The notes beneath the pieces are model-generated. The model was given only the letters and a program-made list of their open reading frames with translations. It was not told where the DNA came from and made no database searches. 64,000 nucleotides of DNA. Source: a virus. Shown in pieces: positions 18,614-28,878 of the stretch. Both the position numbers and the translations under genes were made by a program. Positions within the stretch are counted from its first letter, which is position 1. Every line of letters begins with the position of its first letter. Location: IMG/VR virus record IMGVR_UViG_3300025809_000014, positions 33,656 through 97,655 of that record; one strand, written 5' to 3'.

Positions 18614-19582
18614 ATGGGTAAAATAGGAAAAGTTTCTACTATCAAGAAACAATACAATAGTTCTCAATTGCAAACTATGGATAGTAATCTTGCTCAACAA
18701 GGTATGACAAGAATTCCTGGAACAGGAGTTTTTAAGTATCCTTATAAAGAGTTAGACGGTAAATACAGAACAGGGCTAGACCCTACTGCTGGATACATTA
18801 AACGTATTCAAGATCCTACTGAACAAGAACTAGAAATTGAGCGTGTTACAGAACTTAGAGATAAATTACAAGCAGTTTTAGGAGATATTGACTTAGGACC
18901 AAGAGCTAAATTCTGGAACTATGCATTATCTACAGGAGTAAATGATACAATACATGTACAACCTGTAAAACTTTTAGATGGAGATAACTTCTACGATCTA
19001 ACACAACCTCTTCAAGAGCTAGCTTTTGCATGGTTGAGAGTGCATCCAACGGTTGCATCTTCTTATCAAGCATGGGAAAGAGGTGAGTTTCCTGCAGACA
19101 CACAATTCTATATTGTTAATGATGATATTGAAAATGCAATTGTCTACAAGAAAAAACAGCTTATTAACAAAGCTATTATCAAGTTTGACTCAATGAGTCC
19201 TGAAAAGAAAAAGAAAGTTTCAAGACTACTTGGGCTTCCTGTAACTGATGAGACAAAAGAAGAAGTTGTATATAACCAAGTTGATAACATGTTGAAACAA
19301 TCTGAAGTTAAGTCTGGAAGCTTTAAAGGGTTAAATCCTGTAGAAGTATTTAACAGATTTGCTGATATGAAAGAAAATTTACTCCATATTAAAGATTTAA
19401 TTAAACAAGCTATTCAACATTCAATTTACAGAGTTAAACCGAGTGGAAAAATCTATGAAGGTGAATACGAAGTAGCAATGGATGAAGAAGAATTATTAAA
19501 ATATTTGGTAGATGAAGATCACCAAGAAGACTTAATAGTTCTAGAAAAAAAGTTGAAAACAAAGAAACTAGCTTCTGTATAA
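18614..19582 (+). CDS. conserved crAss-like protein downstream of capsid gene
   Basis: 322 aa; synteny with the crAss head block. Confidence 0.75.
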   Translation: MGKIGKVSTIKKQYNSSQLQTMDSNLAQQGMTRIPGTGVFKYPYKELDGKYRTGLDPTAGYIKRIQDPTEQELEIERVTELRDKLQAVLGDIDLGPRAKFWNYALSTGVNDTIHVQPVKLLDGDNFYDLTQPLQELAFAWLRVHPTVASSYQAWERGEFPADTQFYIVNDDIENAIVYKKKQLINKAIIKFDSMSPEKKKKVSRLLGLPVTDETKEEVVYNQVDNMLKQSEVKSGSFKGLNPVEVFNRFADMKENLLHIKDLIKQAIQHSIYRVKPSGKIYEGEYEVAMDEEELLKYLVDEDHQEDLIVLEKKLKTKKLASV

Positions 19583-19594
19583 GAGGCTAGTTTT
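19565..19594 (+). terminator. intrinsic terminator
   Basis: AAACTAGCTTCT-GTATA-AGAGGCTAGTTTT. Confidence 0.6.
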
Positions 19595-19609
19595 AAAACT
19601 CTTTTATAA

Positions 19610-20341
19610 ATGATACCAGTAGATAGTTTATTATACAAAATAGACCAAAAACTAAATAAACTATCAACTAACGAGCATCAGCAAATTCAACTTGAAGATA
19701 AGATCTTAGCTTTGAATGAGGCTCAGATTAAGTTGATAAAACAAAAAGTTGATGGTTTTGCAATCCCTAACAAACTAGGGTTTGATGCTTTTAAAAAAAG
19801 GTACGAAGATTTACAAAATTTAGTTATAGATTTTACAAATCAACCGCTATCTTTAACAGAAACTAATACCGAACTACATCAATGGGATGCTGATTTAACT
19901 TCACTAAAACCTGAATACATGTTTTATGTTGATAGTTATGTATTGGCTGATAAAGGTAAATGCAAAGATCGTAAGATATGGATTAACAAGGACTTAAGTA
20001 AACATGGAGACTTATCTCTCTTACTTAATAATGATCACTACAAGCCTAGCTTTGAGTATCAAGAAACGTTAAATGCAATATCATCTAACACTATTAGTAT
20101 ATATACTGATGGTACATTTACTCCCAATGATATTTACATAATGTATATGAGATATCCTGTGTATATTAACAAAACAGGTTATGTCATGATGGATGGAAAT
20201 CCATCTACTAATCAAGATTGTGAGCTTGCCTCATATCTAGAAGACGAGCTTTTAGATTTGACAGTTCAAAATCTTGCAATGTATACTGAAAACGCTAGTG
20301 CGGTGCAAAGTGCACAATTCAGAATACAAACTAATGAATAA
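19610..20341 (+). CDS. head-tail ring/connector protein
   Basis: DKILALNEAQIKLIKQK...YIMYMRYP...CELASYLEDELLDLTV, P22 gp4-like ring pattern; synteny. Confidence 0.65.
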   Translation: MIPVDSLLYKIDQKLNKLSTNEHQQIQLEDKILALNEAQIKLIKQKVDGFAIPNKLGFDAFKKRYEDLQNLVIDFTNQPLSLTETNTELHQWDADLTSLKPEYMFYVDSYVLADKGKCKDRKIWINKDLSKHGDLSLLLNNDHYKPSFEYQETLNAISSNTISIYTDGTFTPNDIYIMYMRYPVYINKTGYVMMDGNPSTNQDCELASYLEDELLDLTVQNLAMYTENASAVQSAQFRIQTNE

Positions 20342-20371
20342 AAATTAATTATTAACCTTAAATCATAAACA

Positions 20372-21514
20372 ATGGCTGATTTTTCATTAACCACGTTATT
20401 CGTGGTGCCAGTAGGGCAAACTGCTGTCCCTAGCTCTGGTTCGACTCAAGATTTAACTGCAGGAACTGTAGGAATCTTTGATCAAAATTATGCAACTGTA
20501 ACTGCTGCTGCTGGAGCAAATCCTGCTAGTGATGCAAAGTACATTTACATCGCTCAAGGTAGAGCAAACACTTATTTACAAGGATCTAAAAGATCTGACA
20601 AGATTAAAGGATGCCCAACAGCTGGTGCTTCCTGCAATTCAAATGTAACAGAATGGTACAAAGTATCAGGTTGTGCTACTGCTGCTAATCAAATTACTGA
20701 TGTAACAGACTTCAAAGTACAATGTGGTGAAATCGTAACTTTAACATTACGTGCTCACTCTTCTTACATTGATACACTATACTTCAATGGATTTACACGT
20801 TCTGTAACTGTAAATGCTCCATGTTGTGAATGTGGTGGTGATGTATGTACTGATGTAGATGTTAACGCATTAATCAACTCTCTAATTGTTAAATTACAAC
20901 AAGAGGCTCCTGGAGATAATCCAGACAACGTTTCTTTCAACTCTTTCTTTACTTTTGAAAATGTTGGTGGAACTAAACTTAGAATCGAAGGTAAACCATT
21001 AACTAAATATGGTCAACCTTGTGATGTTGCTGCATTCCCATTCGAGTATGACAGAATGTACTTCAGTACTTTTGTATACGATGGACCAGCTACAACTGCT
21101 GATTTTATTGTTGCTGACGCTTGTAATATCGTTGCTAACTCTGCTGTAGTCCAAAAAGCATCTTATGCTTCTGGAGGATCTGAAGAATTCAAGCAATTAG
21201 AAAAGAACTTCTACAGCTACCAAGCTGGATATTTAAAGTCACTATATAGAATGGGTGGCTACAATGAGAACTTTGAATCTTATGTGACTGATGGAGTTGT
21301 TTACGATAGCTACTACATTAGATTTAACCAATTAGATAAGGCAGCTTATCAATGGGGAGATTACATCATGCAAGACTCAACTGTAATCATTGCTGTACCT
21401 AATGCTGACACAAGTGGAATTGCTGCTCTTATTGAGCCAATCCTAGAAGATGCTTTAGGACTTGTTGATGATGACAACACTTGTATTACAACTACGACTA
21501 CTGCTGCTGCTTAA
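20372..21514 (+). CDS. structural protein, probable auxiliary capsid protein
   Basis: 380 aa, followed by a strong terminator, position matches the crAss head block; ends in CITTTTTAAA. Confidence 0.6.
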   Translation: MADFSLTTLFVVPVGQTAVPSSGSTQDLTAGTVGIFDQNYATVTAAAGANPASDAKYIYIAQGRANTYLQGSKRSDKIKGCPTAGASCNSNVTEWYKVSGCATAANQITDVTDFKVQCGEIVTLTLRAHSSYIDTLYFNGFTRSVTVNAPCCECGGDVCTDVDVNALINSLIVKLQQEAPGDNPDNVSFNSFFTFENVGGTKLRIEGKPLTKYGQPCDVAAFPFEYDRMYFSTFVYDGPATTADFIVADACNIVANSAVVQKASYASGGSEEFKQLEKNFYSYQAGYLKSLYRMGGYNENFESYVTDGVVYDSYYIRFNQLDKAAYQWGDYIMQDSTVIIAVPNADTSGIAALIEPILEDALGLVDDDNTCITTTTTAAA

Positions 21515-21553
21515 ACAGCGTCAGAAGTAGGGATAGAACATTAACATAAACCT

Positions 21554-21599
21554 ATGCCAGAGGTGAGAGGATTATCTCATATCCTCTGGCATTTTTTTT
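21554..21599 (+). terminator. intrinsic terminator
   Basis: ATGCCAGAGG...CCTCTGGCAT followed by a T run. Confidence 0.8.
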
Positions 21600-21610
21600 A
21601 AAACAATAGT

Positions 21611-22183
21611 ATGGCAGCCACATTACAATTAGATATTATAGTACCTCCTACCTATAGTACTTCATTGCTTGCTGTTACAGATGCATCTGTCTATCCAGAC
21701 AGCCCACCAATTGTATCAGCTCCAACAATTGAGATAGAAATACCAAATTTTGGTAAACAGATATTACCTTTTCTACCATTAGAAACTAATATCTTTGGAT
21801 CAGACACTTTAGGAATAACTGAAGATGGCTGCAAACAAGCATTACCTGATGGTATATATAAATTAAAATATTCAATAGCTCCAGCATATGTAAACTATGT
21901 TGAGAAGACTATTATGCGTGTTGACAAATTACAGGAGAAATTTGACAGTGCATTTTTAAAACTTGATATGATGGAGTGCGATAGTGCTCTTAAAACTCAA
22001 GCTAGTGTAAATTTAAACACAATAAACTTTTTTATTCAAGGAGCAATTTCTTTAGCAAATAATTGTGCTGAGCAAGATGCTCTTAAGTTATATACAAAAG
22101 CAAGCAACATGCTTGATCAATTTATAAAAACCAATTGTGGTTGTACTGGTAACGGTAACAATTACATAATAAACTTTAGATAA
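21611..22183 (+). CDS. structural protein
   Basis: 190 aa, Ig-like LPDGIYKLKYSIAP then helical C-terminus ending CGC. Confidence 0.65.
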   Translation: MAATLQLDIIVPPTYSTSLLAVTDASVYPDSPPIVSAPTIEIEIPNFGKQILPFLPLETNIFGSDTLGITEDGCKQALPDGIYKLKYSIAPAYVNYVEKTIMRVDKLQEKFDSAFLKLDMMECDSALKTQASVNLNTINFFIQGAISLANNCAEQDALKLYTKASNMLDQFIKTNCGCTGNGNNYIINFR

Positions 22184-22185
22184 AA

Positions 22186-22347
22186 ATGGCCCAGTGTGCA
22201 AATTGTGGTGCAAAGGTAGGATGTGGATGTCAGTTAACTAACGGTCTATGTGCTCATTGTAATGGTAATTCTAAAAAGGAAGTAACAACATCAACTTATG
22301 TTAACACCCAGATTAACAAACTGTCAGGACTGTCACAAGATACCTGA
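22186..22347 (+). CDS. small Cys-rich protein (53 aa)
   Basis: Not in track: MAQCANCGAKVGCGCQLTNGLCAHCNGNSKK... Confidence 0.6.
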   Translation: MAQCANCGAKVGCGCQLTNGLCAHCNGNSKKEVTTSTYVNTQINKLSGLSQDT

Positions 22348-24217
22348 TTTACTTAGACAGATAGACTGTAAGATAGCAGAGCTTGCTAACGGTGCATACA
22401 ATAATGTTGTATTCATGTTAGGTGATTGTGTTCCTGCTACTACAATTGTTCAGTTACTAGCATATAAACGTATATTAACGTTTAAATACTGCAATCCTCA
22501 TTATGGAGGATGTTCGTCTGTCAATGATATTGCTGGTAAAGTTATTCGTTTAACATCTGGATGTGTTGCTAAATGTAACGAACCTACAGTATGTGAAATA
22601 ACAACATGCCCTATACCTATAGTACCAAACCCAACAACTACAACAACTACTACTTCTCCAATAATTTGTGAGTTTAGTGGAAATATAATTTGTATTCCAC
22701 CAACAACCACTACAACTACTACTACTATATTACCAGATTGTAGAGTTGAAGGATGTTTCCAAATTAGAGAGATCCCACCTCCACCTCAATGTGATGCACC
22801 TTTTAATACAAATTTACCAGAAGGTTTCCCTGATGGTATAACAGGTAACGGTACAAAAGTATTATCTAATGGTGTTCAATTAACTACAACTTATACAGGA
22901 CCAACAATTTCACCTTTTTTATTAACAGATCCTGGAACAGAGGAGTTATGTGATGGAGTATTGATTAATACATATAATGATACTGACAAGACTCAGCTAC
23001 CTCTAATAATAGGAGGATCTATAGTTTTAGAATTTGACCCACCTGTAGTTTCTGTAGCACTTGTTAGTACTGGATACGGATACAGTAGTTTATTAGGTGA
23101 GGTAGAAACTATAACTGTAGAGTCTTTAGATCCTATTATAGGTGAAACATTACTTAGCTGTAGCTTAAATGAAGCTAATGCTACATACGAAACAACTCAA
23201 GTTAATGAAAATCAAATTAACTTAACAGGTGTACAAATTAGCCCAAGTTTACAAACTGGTATTACTGTTATTACACCAGAAGCAGGAGGTATATCTAGAT
23301 TAGTATTAACTAACACTACAAGTCTTCCATTAGCTGGTGTAGCATTTGATTTATATGCATGTGGTGGAGTAGCTCCAACAACTACAACCACTACAACTGT
23401 TATTCCACCAGGTCCTGAGTGTACAGAGGGGCTGGATGTAGCATTTGTAATTGATTATACTGCATCTATGACTAGTGTAATTGAAAATGTAAAATCAGGA
23501 GTAGCAGGTATTGTAAATGCTATTTATACTCAGTCAGGTGCTGGTGGGTATAGATTAGCTCTAACTACTAGTGATCAATATTTTGATACAATAGATCCAT
23601 ATTATGGAAATTGTTTTGATTATTTACAATTACCATTATCTCAAAGATTAATAGAAGGACCTTTTCCAACAGCAGCACCAAATTCTATTGACACAAACAT
23701 AGTAAGTACTGCTTGGGAAAAATTTAGTGATAATAATCAAGCAACATTTAATGCACAACTTCAAAAATTAAATGAAGGTGTAGATGGTAATTGTATACAA
23801 ATAGGAGAGGGTGCAGCTGGTCCAGAACCTTGTGATTATGTTTCCAAATTAATTATAGAATCAGATTTTGTAGGAGCATTTAGACCAACTGCTGCAAAGC
23901 GTATTATTATATTAACTGATCAATTTCCAGGAAGCACTAGAGATTATTTTGACGTAGTTACTTGGCAAGGTATACAAGATCTAATTACACATGCTAATGC
24001 AAATGGAATTAAATATTTTGTTTTAGGTATGGGTGTTAATTTGGTTGGTGGTCCATATCCAAATACTAATCAAAGTGTTGCTGGTATATATCCATGGAGA
24101 GAGTTAGCAGAACAAACTGGTGGAGATTGGAGCTTTGATGCAACTTCAGAAGAAATACAACAGCAAATAGTAGCTGGATGTGAGACAACTACAACTACAA
24201 CCACAAATCAAAACTAA
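22298..24217 (+). CDS. virion appendage protein with Thr-rich linkers and C-terminal vWA domain
   Basis: LDVAFVIDYTASM (MIDAS-like), IIILTDQ, ELAEQTGG; four poly-Thr runs. Confidence 0.75.
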   Translation: MLTPRLTNCQDCHKIPDLLRQIDCKIAELANGAYNNVVFMLGDCVPATTIVQLLAYKRILTFKYCNPHYGGCSSVNDIAGKVIRLTSGCVAKCNEPTVCEITTCPIPIVPNPTTTTTTTSPIICEFSGNIICIPPTTTTTTTTILPDCRVEGCFQIREIPPPPQCDAPFNTNLPEGFPDGITGNGTKVLSNGVQLTTTYTGPTISPFLLTDPGTEELCDGVLINTYNDTDKTQLPLIIGGSIVLEFDPPVVSVALVSTGYGYSSLLGEVETITVESLDPIIGETLLSCSLNEANATYETTQVNENQINLTGVQISPSLQTGITVITPEAGGISRLVLTNTTSLPLAGVAFDLYACGGVAPTTTTTTTVIPPGPECTEGLDVAFVIDYTASMTSVIENVKSGVAGIVNAIYTQSGAGGYRLALTTSDQYFDTIDPYYGNCFDYLQLPLSQRLIEGPFPTAAPNSIDTNIVSTAWEKFSDNNQATFNAQLQKLNEGVDGNCIQIGEGAAGPEPCDYVSKLIIESDFVGAFRPTAAKRIIILTDQFPGSTRDYFDVVTWQGIQDLITHANANGIKYFVLGMGVNLVGGPYPNTNQSVAGIYPWRELAEQTGGDWSFDATSEEIQQQIVAGCETTTTTTTNQN

Positions 24218-24226
24218 GTAAAGAAA

Positions 24227-27200
24227 ATGATAATATTTATAACATTAAGTTTCGCAGGTGCAGAGTCAGGTCCTTTTGATCTGTACTCTGATGTTGATGG
24301 TTTTACTACACCATTTGCACAAAATGTAAGCAAGGCTGACCTTTTATTAGGTTATGAAGCCGTAGCTCCTGATGGAACAACAACTGTTAGATTGTTAGAT
24401 TTAGGTGCAGACTGTGCACCCTTTACAACAGATATATACAACTGTGCTACACCAAATTGTGATTTCTCTGGAGAGATTAATTGTATAATACCAGACTGTA
24501 ACTTTAGTGGAACAATTGTTTGCCCTGCGCCAGAAACTACAACCACCACTACTACTGGATATCCAGGATTCTCACCATGTACTTGGTCAACTTATGGAGG
24601 TAACCCTGGAGAAATAGCTGTATACGACTTTAATACTGGTTCATCAACCGTGGTGTTAGTACCTAATGATTTTACAACCACTTCAGGAATAAACAGACCT
24701 ATCTGTTCTACATCAAGTAAGTTATGGTTAGCTGGCTATCCTGCATCTTCTACAACTTGTGGTAATATTAATATAACTAAACCAGAAGGTTTCCCTAATG
24801 CTGTAACAGGAAATGGAACAAAAACATTATCTAATGGTGTAGTGTTAACTACAACATATACTGGTCCTGCTCCAATATATGATTCACAACCAGGAAATTG
24901 GGAGGTATGTGATGGATTTTACCTAAATCGGACAAATACTAGTACAAGTGCAAGTTTCTCATTAAAAGTTAATGGAGAATTGACTATGGAGTTTGATCCT
25001 CCTATAAACTGTATTCAATTTATATCTAGTGCATGGGGTTATAGTGGAGATCCAAAAACAGAAGGTGATATGGAGATTGTATCTGTAACCAGTGCGTCTT
25101 CTATTATAGGTGAGCAGATTATGCAATGTACTAGAGGTAATGATCCTGAAGACATTCCTACATACCAAACAATACAGATAAGTCCAAATCAAGTTAACAT
25201 GCAAGGTTATCAGGAGTTTGAAAATTCGTCTTTTCAAGTTGGATCAACTAGAATTATATCAGAAGAGAACGGTATTTCAAAATTAGTACTTACTAATATA
25301 TCTCCAACAAATGTGAGGGGAGTAATTATTGATTTCTATGTAGACGATATTTCGGTTACAAATAATCCTACTGGACTTCAATATATTAGAGAATGGGATA
25401 TAGATACATCTGGTGCTACACCAACTCTATCTTTTGTTAGAGAAATATCTATTGACGTAGATAATCTATCTAACCAAGGTATATGGGGAAGTGAAATAAC
25501 TGCAATAGCTACAACTACTGACAATAATACATTACTTGCAGGATTTGGTGCAAGAGATAATGGCGAAACTAGTATGGGTGTTTACTCATGGGATATTTCT
25601 ACATCTGGTAATATTTTACTAAATGAAAGTAATAAAATAGATAAAGCATCTGTAAGTTTTGGTAATACGTTTGGAATTATAACAGAGCTTACAGGAATGT
25701 TTATCACTAATGATGACAATGTTATTCTTTCTGCTAGATACTACGAAGATGAAAGTCCTAATAATGCAGCAAACCGTGTAAGACAATATGAAGGACTAGA
25801 CTTAAGTTCTTGGACATCATCATCACCTGTTATTAATTTACAACAGCGTGGTGTTCCTGAATTTACCACTGCGTGGACTAGTACAAGTAAAGCTATGCCT
25901 GTATGGGGCGTAAATGGATTATTACAGGTAATTCAACCAGAAACACTTCAAGTATATAACATTGATCAAATAGGACCATACAATGCTACACTGTCAGGTA
26001 CAGTGGCTGATGATACTGTTTGGATACACACATCAACTGGTTGTGCAAATGTTAATATTCAGTATGATGATTGTGAAGGAGCTACGTGGATACCTGCATT
26101 AACTGAACAAATTGAAGATGAGTGGGTATATACAGGACCTGCTACTTTTACATATGCAGGAGTTGAGGTTACAGCTAGTGCCACTCAAGATAATATGAGA
26201 TTACAATCAGGTGATACTATAGGAGGTATACCACAAGAAGGATGTAGTGGAATATCTAACCCATCTGCAAATAATGTATTAACAACTCTTAAAGGTTTTG
26301 ATTTTACTATTACGTTAAGTTTTTCACAGCCTGTTAATAATATTCCTATTAGAGCTGCTGTACTTAATAGTCAACCTGACTTAAGTTCTGGAGATGTTTA
26401 TACATTTGACACAAACACAGGAACACCTACTGTATCAATTAGTACTGGATGTAATGTTCAAGTGCAAGGAAATAAAATAGGTGGAGGTGTACCAGATTAC
26501 AATACTGAAGGTGACGGAGAGTTTATTGTATCGTCTGATGAAAACTATACAATTTTAACTATATCTGGTGATGCACCAACTGGAGGACCATTATTATTAG
26601 GTTGTTTAGAAGTTGAAAAAAACTGTACATGGGCAACACCTTTTAGAGGAAGTGCTGGAGCTGATACAGTGTTTATATATAACCCACTAGCTAATACATA
26701 TTTACCACAATCTCTTTCAAATGGGTTTGGTAGTGTATTTGACTATCTCAGAGGAAATTTTAGCTCAGAGAATATTTTGTTTTTTGCAAAAAAAGATGGA
26801 TCTGATCTTCGTATAAAAAGATATAATATAGGACAAGGTTTAACATACATTGATGAGATAGTAGTAACTGCTCCTTCTGGTGAACAATTTTCAGCACCAG
26901 TTACATGTGCGATAGATGATAATACTCTTTTATTAAATACAACCCAAGGAACTCTAGGGTACGTTGGTAAAATATATAAACTAGTAATAAATTCAGACGG
27001 TACAACTACACTAACATTCTTATTTACTTTAGAAAGTGAGAGACCTTATTGGACATCTCCGATATTTTCAAATAATAAAATAATATATCAGAGACTAGAT
27101 ACTCAAGATATTGGCGATCCACGTTATATAGTTCAAAGGGATTACGCTACCTTAGATATAGAACTTGAAATAAATGTAACATACTTAGACATTGGTGGAT

Positions 27201-27535
27201 CATCACCAGATGGGTATCTTATTCAGAACACTACCCAGTCTATGTTTTTCTATGAGGATAAAATGTACATACTTGTAAGTGGTATTAAATTATATGAAAT
27301 AGATACAACTTTCCCTTACAATACTACATTAATAAATGAAAACACAGAATTCTTTGGTCCAGGAGAATTTAATAATCAATATTTAAGAGCTTGGAGTAAT
27401 TCAGGTGAATGTAGTTCAAACCTATCTTTCATTCCAACAAATGAAACTACAACAACTACCACTAGTGTAACAACGCTACCACCAAATGCTCCAAATACAA
27501 TATGGATAAAGTTTAACCCTGTAACTCCAGCATAG
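24227..27535 (+). CDS. multidomain appendage/receptor-binding protein with N-terminal GPFDLYSD domain
   Basis: 1102 aa, beta-rich; shares one module with 22298 and one with the muzzle C-terminal extension. Confidence 0.7.
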   Translation: MIIFITLSFAGAESGPFDLYSDVDGFTTPFAQNVSKADLLLGYEAVAPDGTTTVRLLDLGADCAPFTTDIYNCATPNCDFSGEINCIIPDCNFSGTIVCPAPETTTTTTTGYPGFSPCTWSTYGGNPGEIAVYDFNTGSSTVVLVPNDFTTTSGINRPICSTSSKLWLAGYPASSTTCGNINITKPEGFPNAVTGNGTKTLSNGVVLTTTYTGPAPIYDSQPGNWEVCDGFYLNRTNTSTSASFSLKVNGELTMEFDPPINCIQFISSAWGYSGDPKTEGDMEIVSVTSASSIIGEQIMQCTRGNDPEDIPTYQTIQISPNQVNMQGYQEFENSSFQVGSTRIISEENGISKLVLTNISPTNVRGVIIDFYVDDISVTNNPTGLQYIREWDIDTSGATPTLSFVREISIDVDNLSNQGIWGSEITAIATTTDNNTLLAGFGARDNGETSMGVYSWDISTSGNILLNESNKIDKASVSFGNTFGIITELTGMFITNDDNVILSARYYEDESPNNAANRVRQYEGLDLSSWTSSSPVINLQQRGVPEFTTAWTSTSKAMPVWGVNGLLQVIQPETLQVYNIDQIGPYNATLSGTVADDTVWIHTSTGCANVNIQYDDCEGATWIPALTEQIEDEWVYTGPATFTYAGVEVTASATQDNMRLQSGDTIGGIPQEGCSGISNPSANNVLTTLKGFDFTITLSFSQPVNNIPIRAAVLNSQPDLSSGDVYTFDTNTGTPTVSISTGCNVQVQGNKIGGGVPDYNTEGDGEFIVSSDENYTILTISGDAPTGGPLLLGCLEVEKNCTWATPFRGSAGADTVFIYNPLANTYLPQSLSNGFGSVFDYLRGNFSSENILFFAKKDGSDLRIKRYNIGQGLTYIDEIVVTAPSGEQFSAPVTCAIDDNTLLLNTTQGTLGYVGKIYKLVINSDGTTTLTFLFTLESERPYWTSPIFSNNKIIYQRLDTQDIGDPRYIVQRDYATLDIELEINVTYLDIGGSSPDGYLIQNTTQSMFFYEDKMYILVSGIKLYEIDTTFPYNTTLINENTEFFGPGEFNNQYLRAWSNSGECSSNLSFIPTNETTTTTTSVTTLPPNAPNTIWIKFNPVTPA

Positions 27536-27542
27536 ATAATTT

Positions 27543-28865
27543 ATGAAAGCAACACAAAAAATAAAAGATAAGTTAAGGGAGATTCGTAGATCAAATCCAG
27601 GTCTTACTTCTGTCTGGTATGGTTATAAATCATCTAATGGAATTAACACAGGAGAGTTAAGTGTTGTATGTGGTGTTGAAAAGAAAAAACCTCTTTCAGA
27701 ATTATCTGACGATGAGATTATTCCAACTGAAGTTAAAGTTGGAAGTCAGTCTATTAAAACAGATATTGTGGAAATAGGTAAACCAGAGCTACTAGGTACT
27801 TGTAATTCTGCATGTGGTGAAAACGCAGGATCAGCATCAATACCTAACAGATCATATACAAGACCTGTTAAAGGTGGTTTATCTATAAGTAGTAATAACA
27901 CTAACACAAGTGTAGGTACATTTGGATTAGTTGTAAAAGATGTTGCTACAGGAGCCATATTAGGACTTAGTAATAATCATGTTACAATTGCAGATGCATT
28001 TTATACAGACTCTAGAGATTTATCTGGAGTGATACAAAATGATTATGACCCAACAAATAACATATACCAAGGAACTGAAGGAACTGTTGCTGGAGGTAGT
28101 TGGGCAGAATACTTTACCTCAGCAAATATAATTGGAAGAGGTGTAAGATATGTTCCTGTACACCCAAAGAGTTCAGGATTAGTAAATAATGTAGATGCTG
28201 CATTATTTTCATTAACCGAAAATTCTATAGATCTTAATGAAAGCTTCAAACAAGTAGGATTAGATTCAGTTATAACAAGTAATCTTGCTTTTGCTACAAC
28301 TTCGGAGATAGACAATGCTCTTGCAAGTAATCCAGAATTATATAGTTCAGGAAGAACAACAGGTCCTAAAGGTGGAGCTAGTTGTCCCATGAGAATTTTT
28401 ACAACAACAGGAGGATTCCCTATTTCATATAAAAGACAAGGAGTAAACACTCAGATTGAAATGGAAGATATTATAGGATATTTTAAACCTCCTTTAGAAG
28501 ATCCTACATCACAAGATCCAAGTGAACTTTGTTGTAATCCAGTAAGGGGTGGAGATTCAGGATCTGCTTTAATTGCTAATATAGGAGGAACTATAAAAGT
28601 GATTGGACTAGTTTTTGCTGGAGGTGGATCAGGATGTGATGGTGGACCAAATTCATATCAAGTTGGATGGGCTTGTAGAATAGATGAAGTAGCTAACCAA
28701 TTAGGAATCACTAGTCTTGATGCAGGTGACAAACTTACTATTGTAAATAACGCCTCAATAGAGTATGTAACTCAAATTGGAGGAAGTGATCAAATAAATA
28801 AAGAATGTGACGGAGCAACTTATTGGCAAGTTGGTCTAACGGACACATTAAATAACCCTTGTTAA
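27543..28865 (+). CDS. trypsin-like (PA clan) serine protease with N-terminal prodomain
   Basis: Catalytic triad SNNHV (H 27978), VDAALF (D 28194), GGDSGS (S 28557); GTFG and SGRTTG motifs. Confidence 0.85.
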   Translation: MKATQKIKDKLREIRRSNPGLTSVWYGYKSSNGINTGELSVVCGVEKKKPLSELSDDEIIPTEVKVGSQSIKTDIVEIGKPELLGTCNSACGENAGSASIPNRSYTRPVKGGLSISSNNTNTSVGTFGLVVKDVATGAILGLSNNHVTIADAFYTDSRDLSGVIQNDYDPTNNIYQGTEGTVAGGSWAEYFTSANIIGRGVRYVPVHPKSSGLVNNVDAALFSLTENSIDLNESFKQVGLDSVITSNLAFATTSEIDNALASNPELYSSGRTTGPKGGASCPMRIFTTTGGFPISYKRQGVNTQIEMEDIIGYFKPPLEDPTSQDPSELCCNPVRGGDSGSALIANIGGTIKVIGLVFAGGGSGCDGGPNSYQVGWACRIDEVANQLGITSLDAGDKLTIVNNASIEYVTQIGGSDQINKECDGATYWQVGLTDTLNNPC

Positions 28866-28878
28866 AATATAAAATATC

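Noticed and set aside
22817-25345. Diversity-generating retroelement TR/VR pair
   Set aside because: Both copies are coding, differences are not confined to adenines, and no reverse transcriptase is in the window
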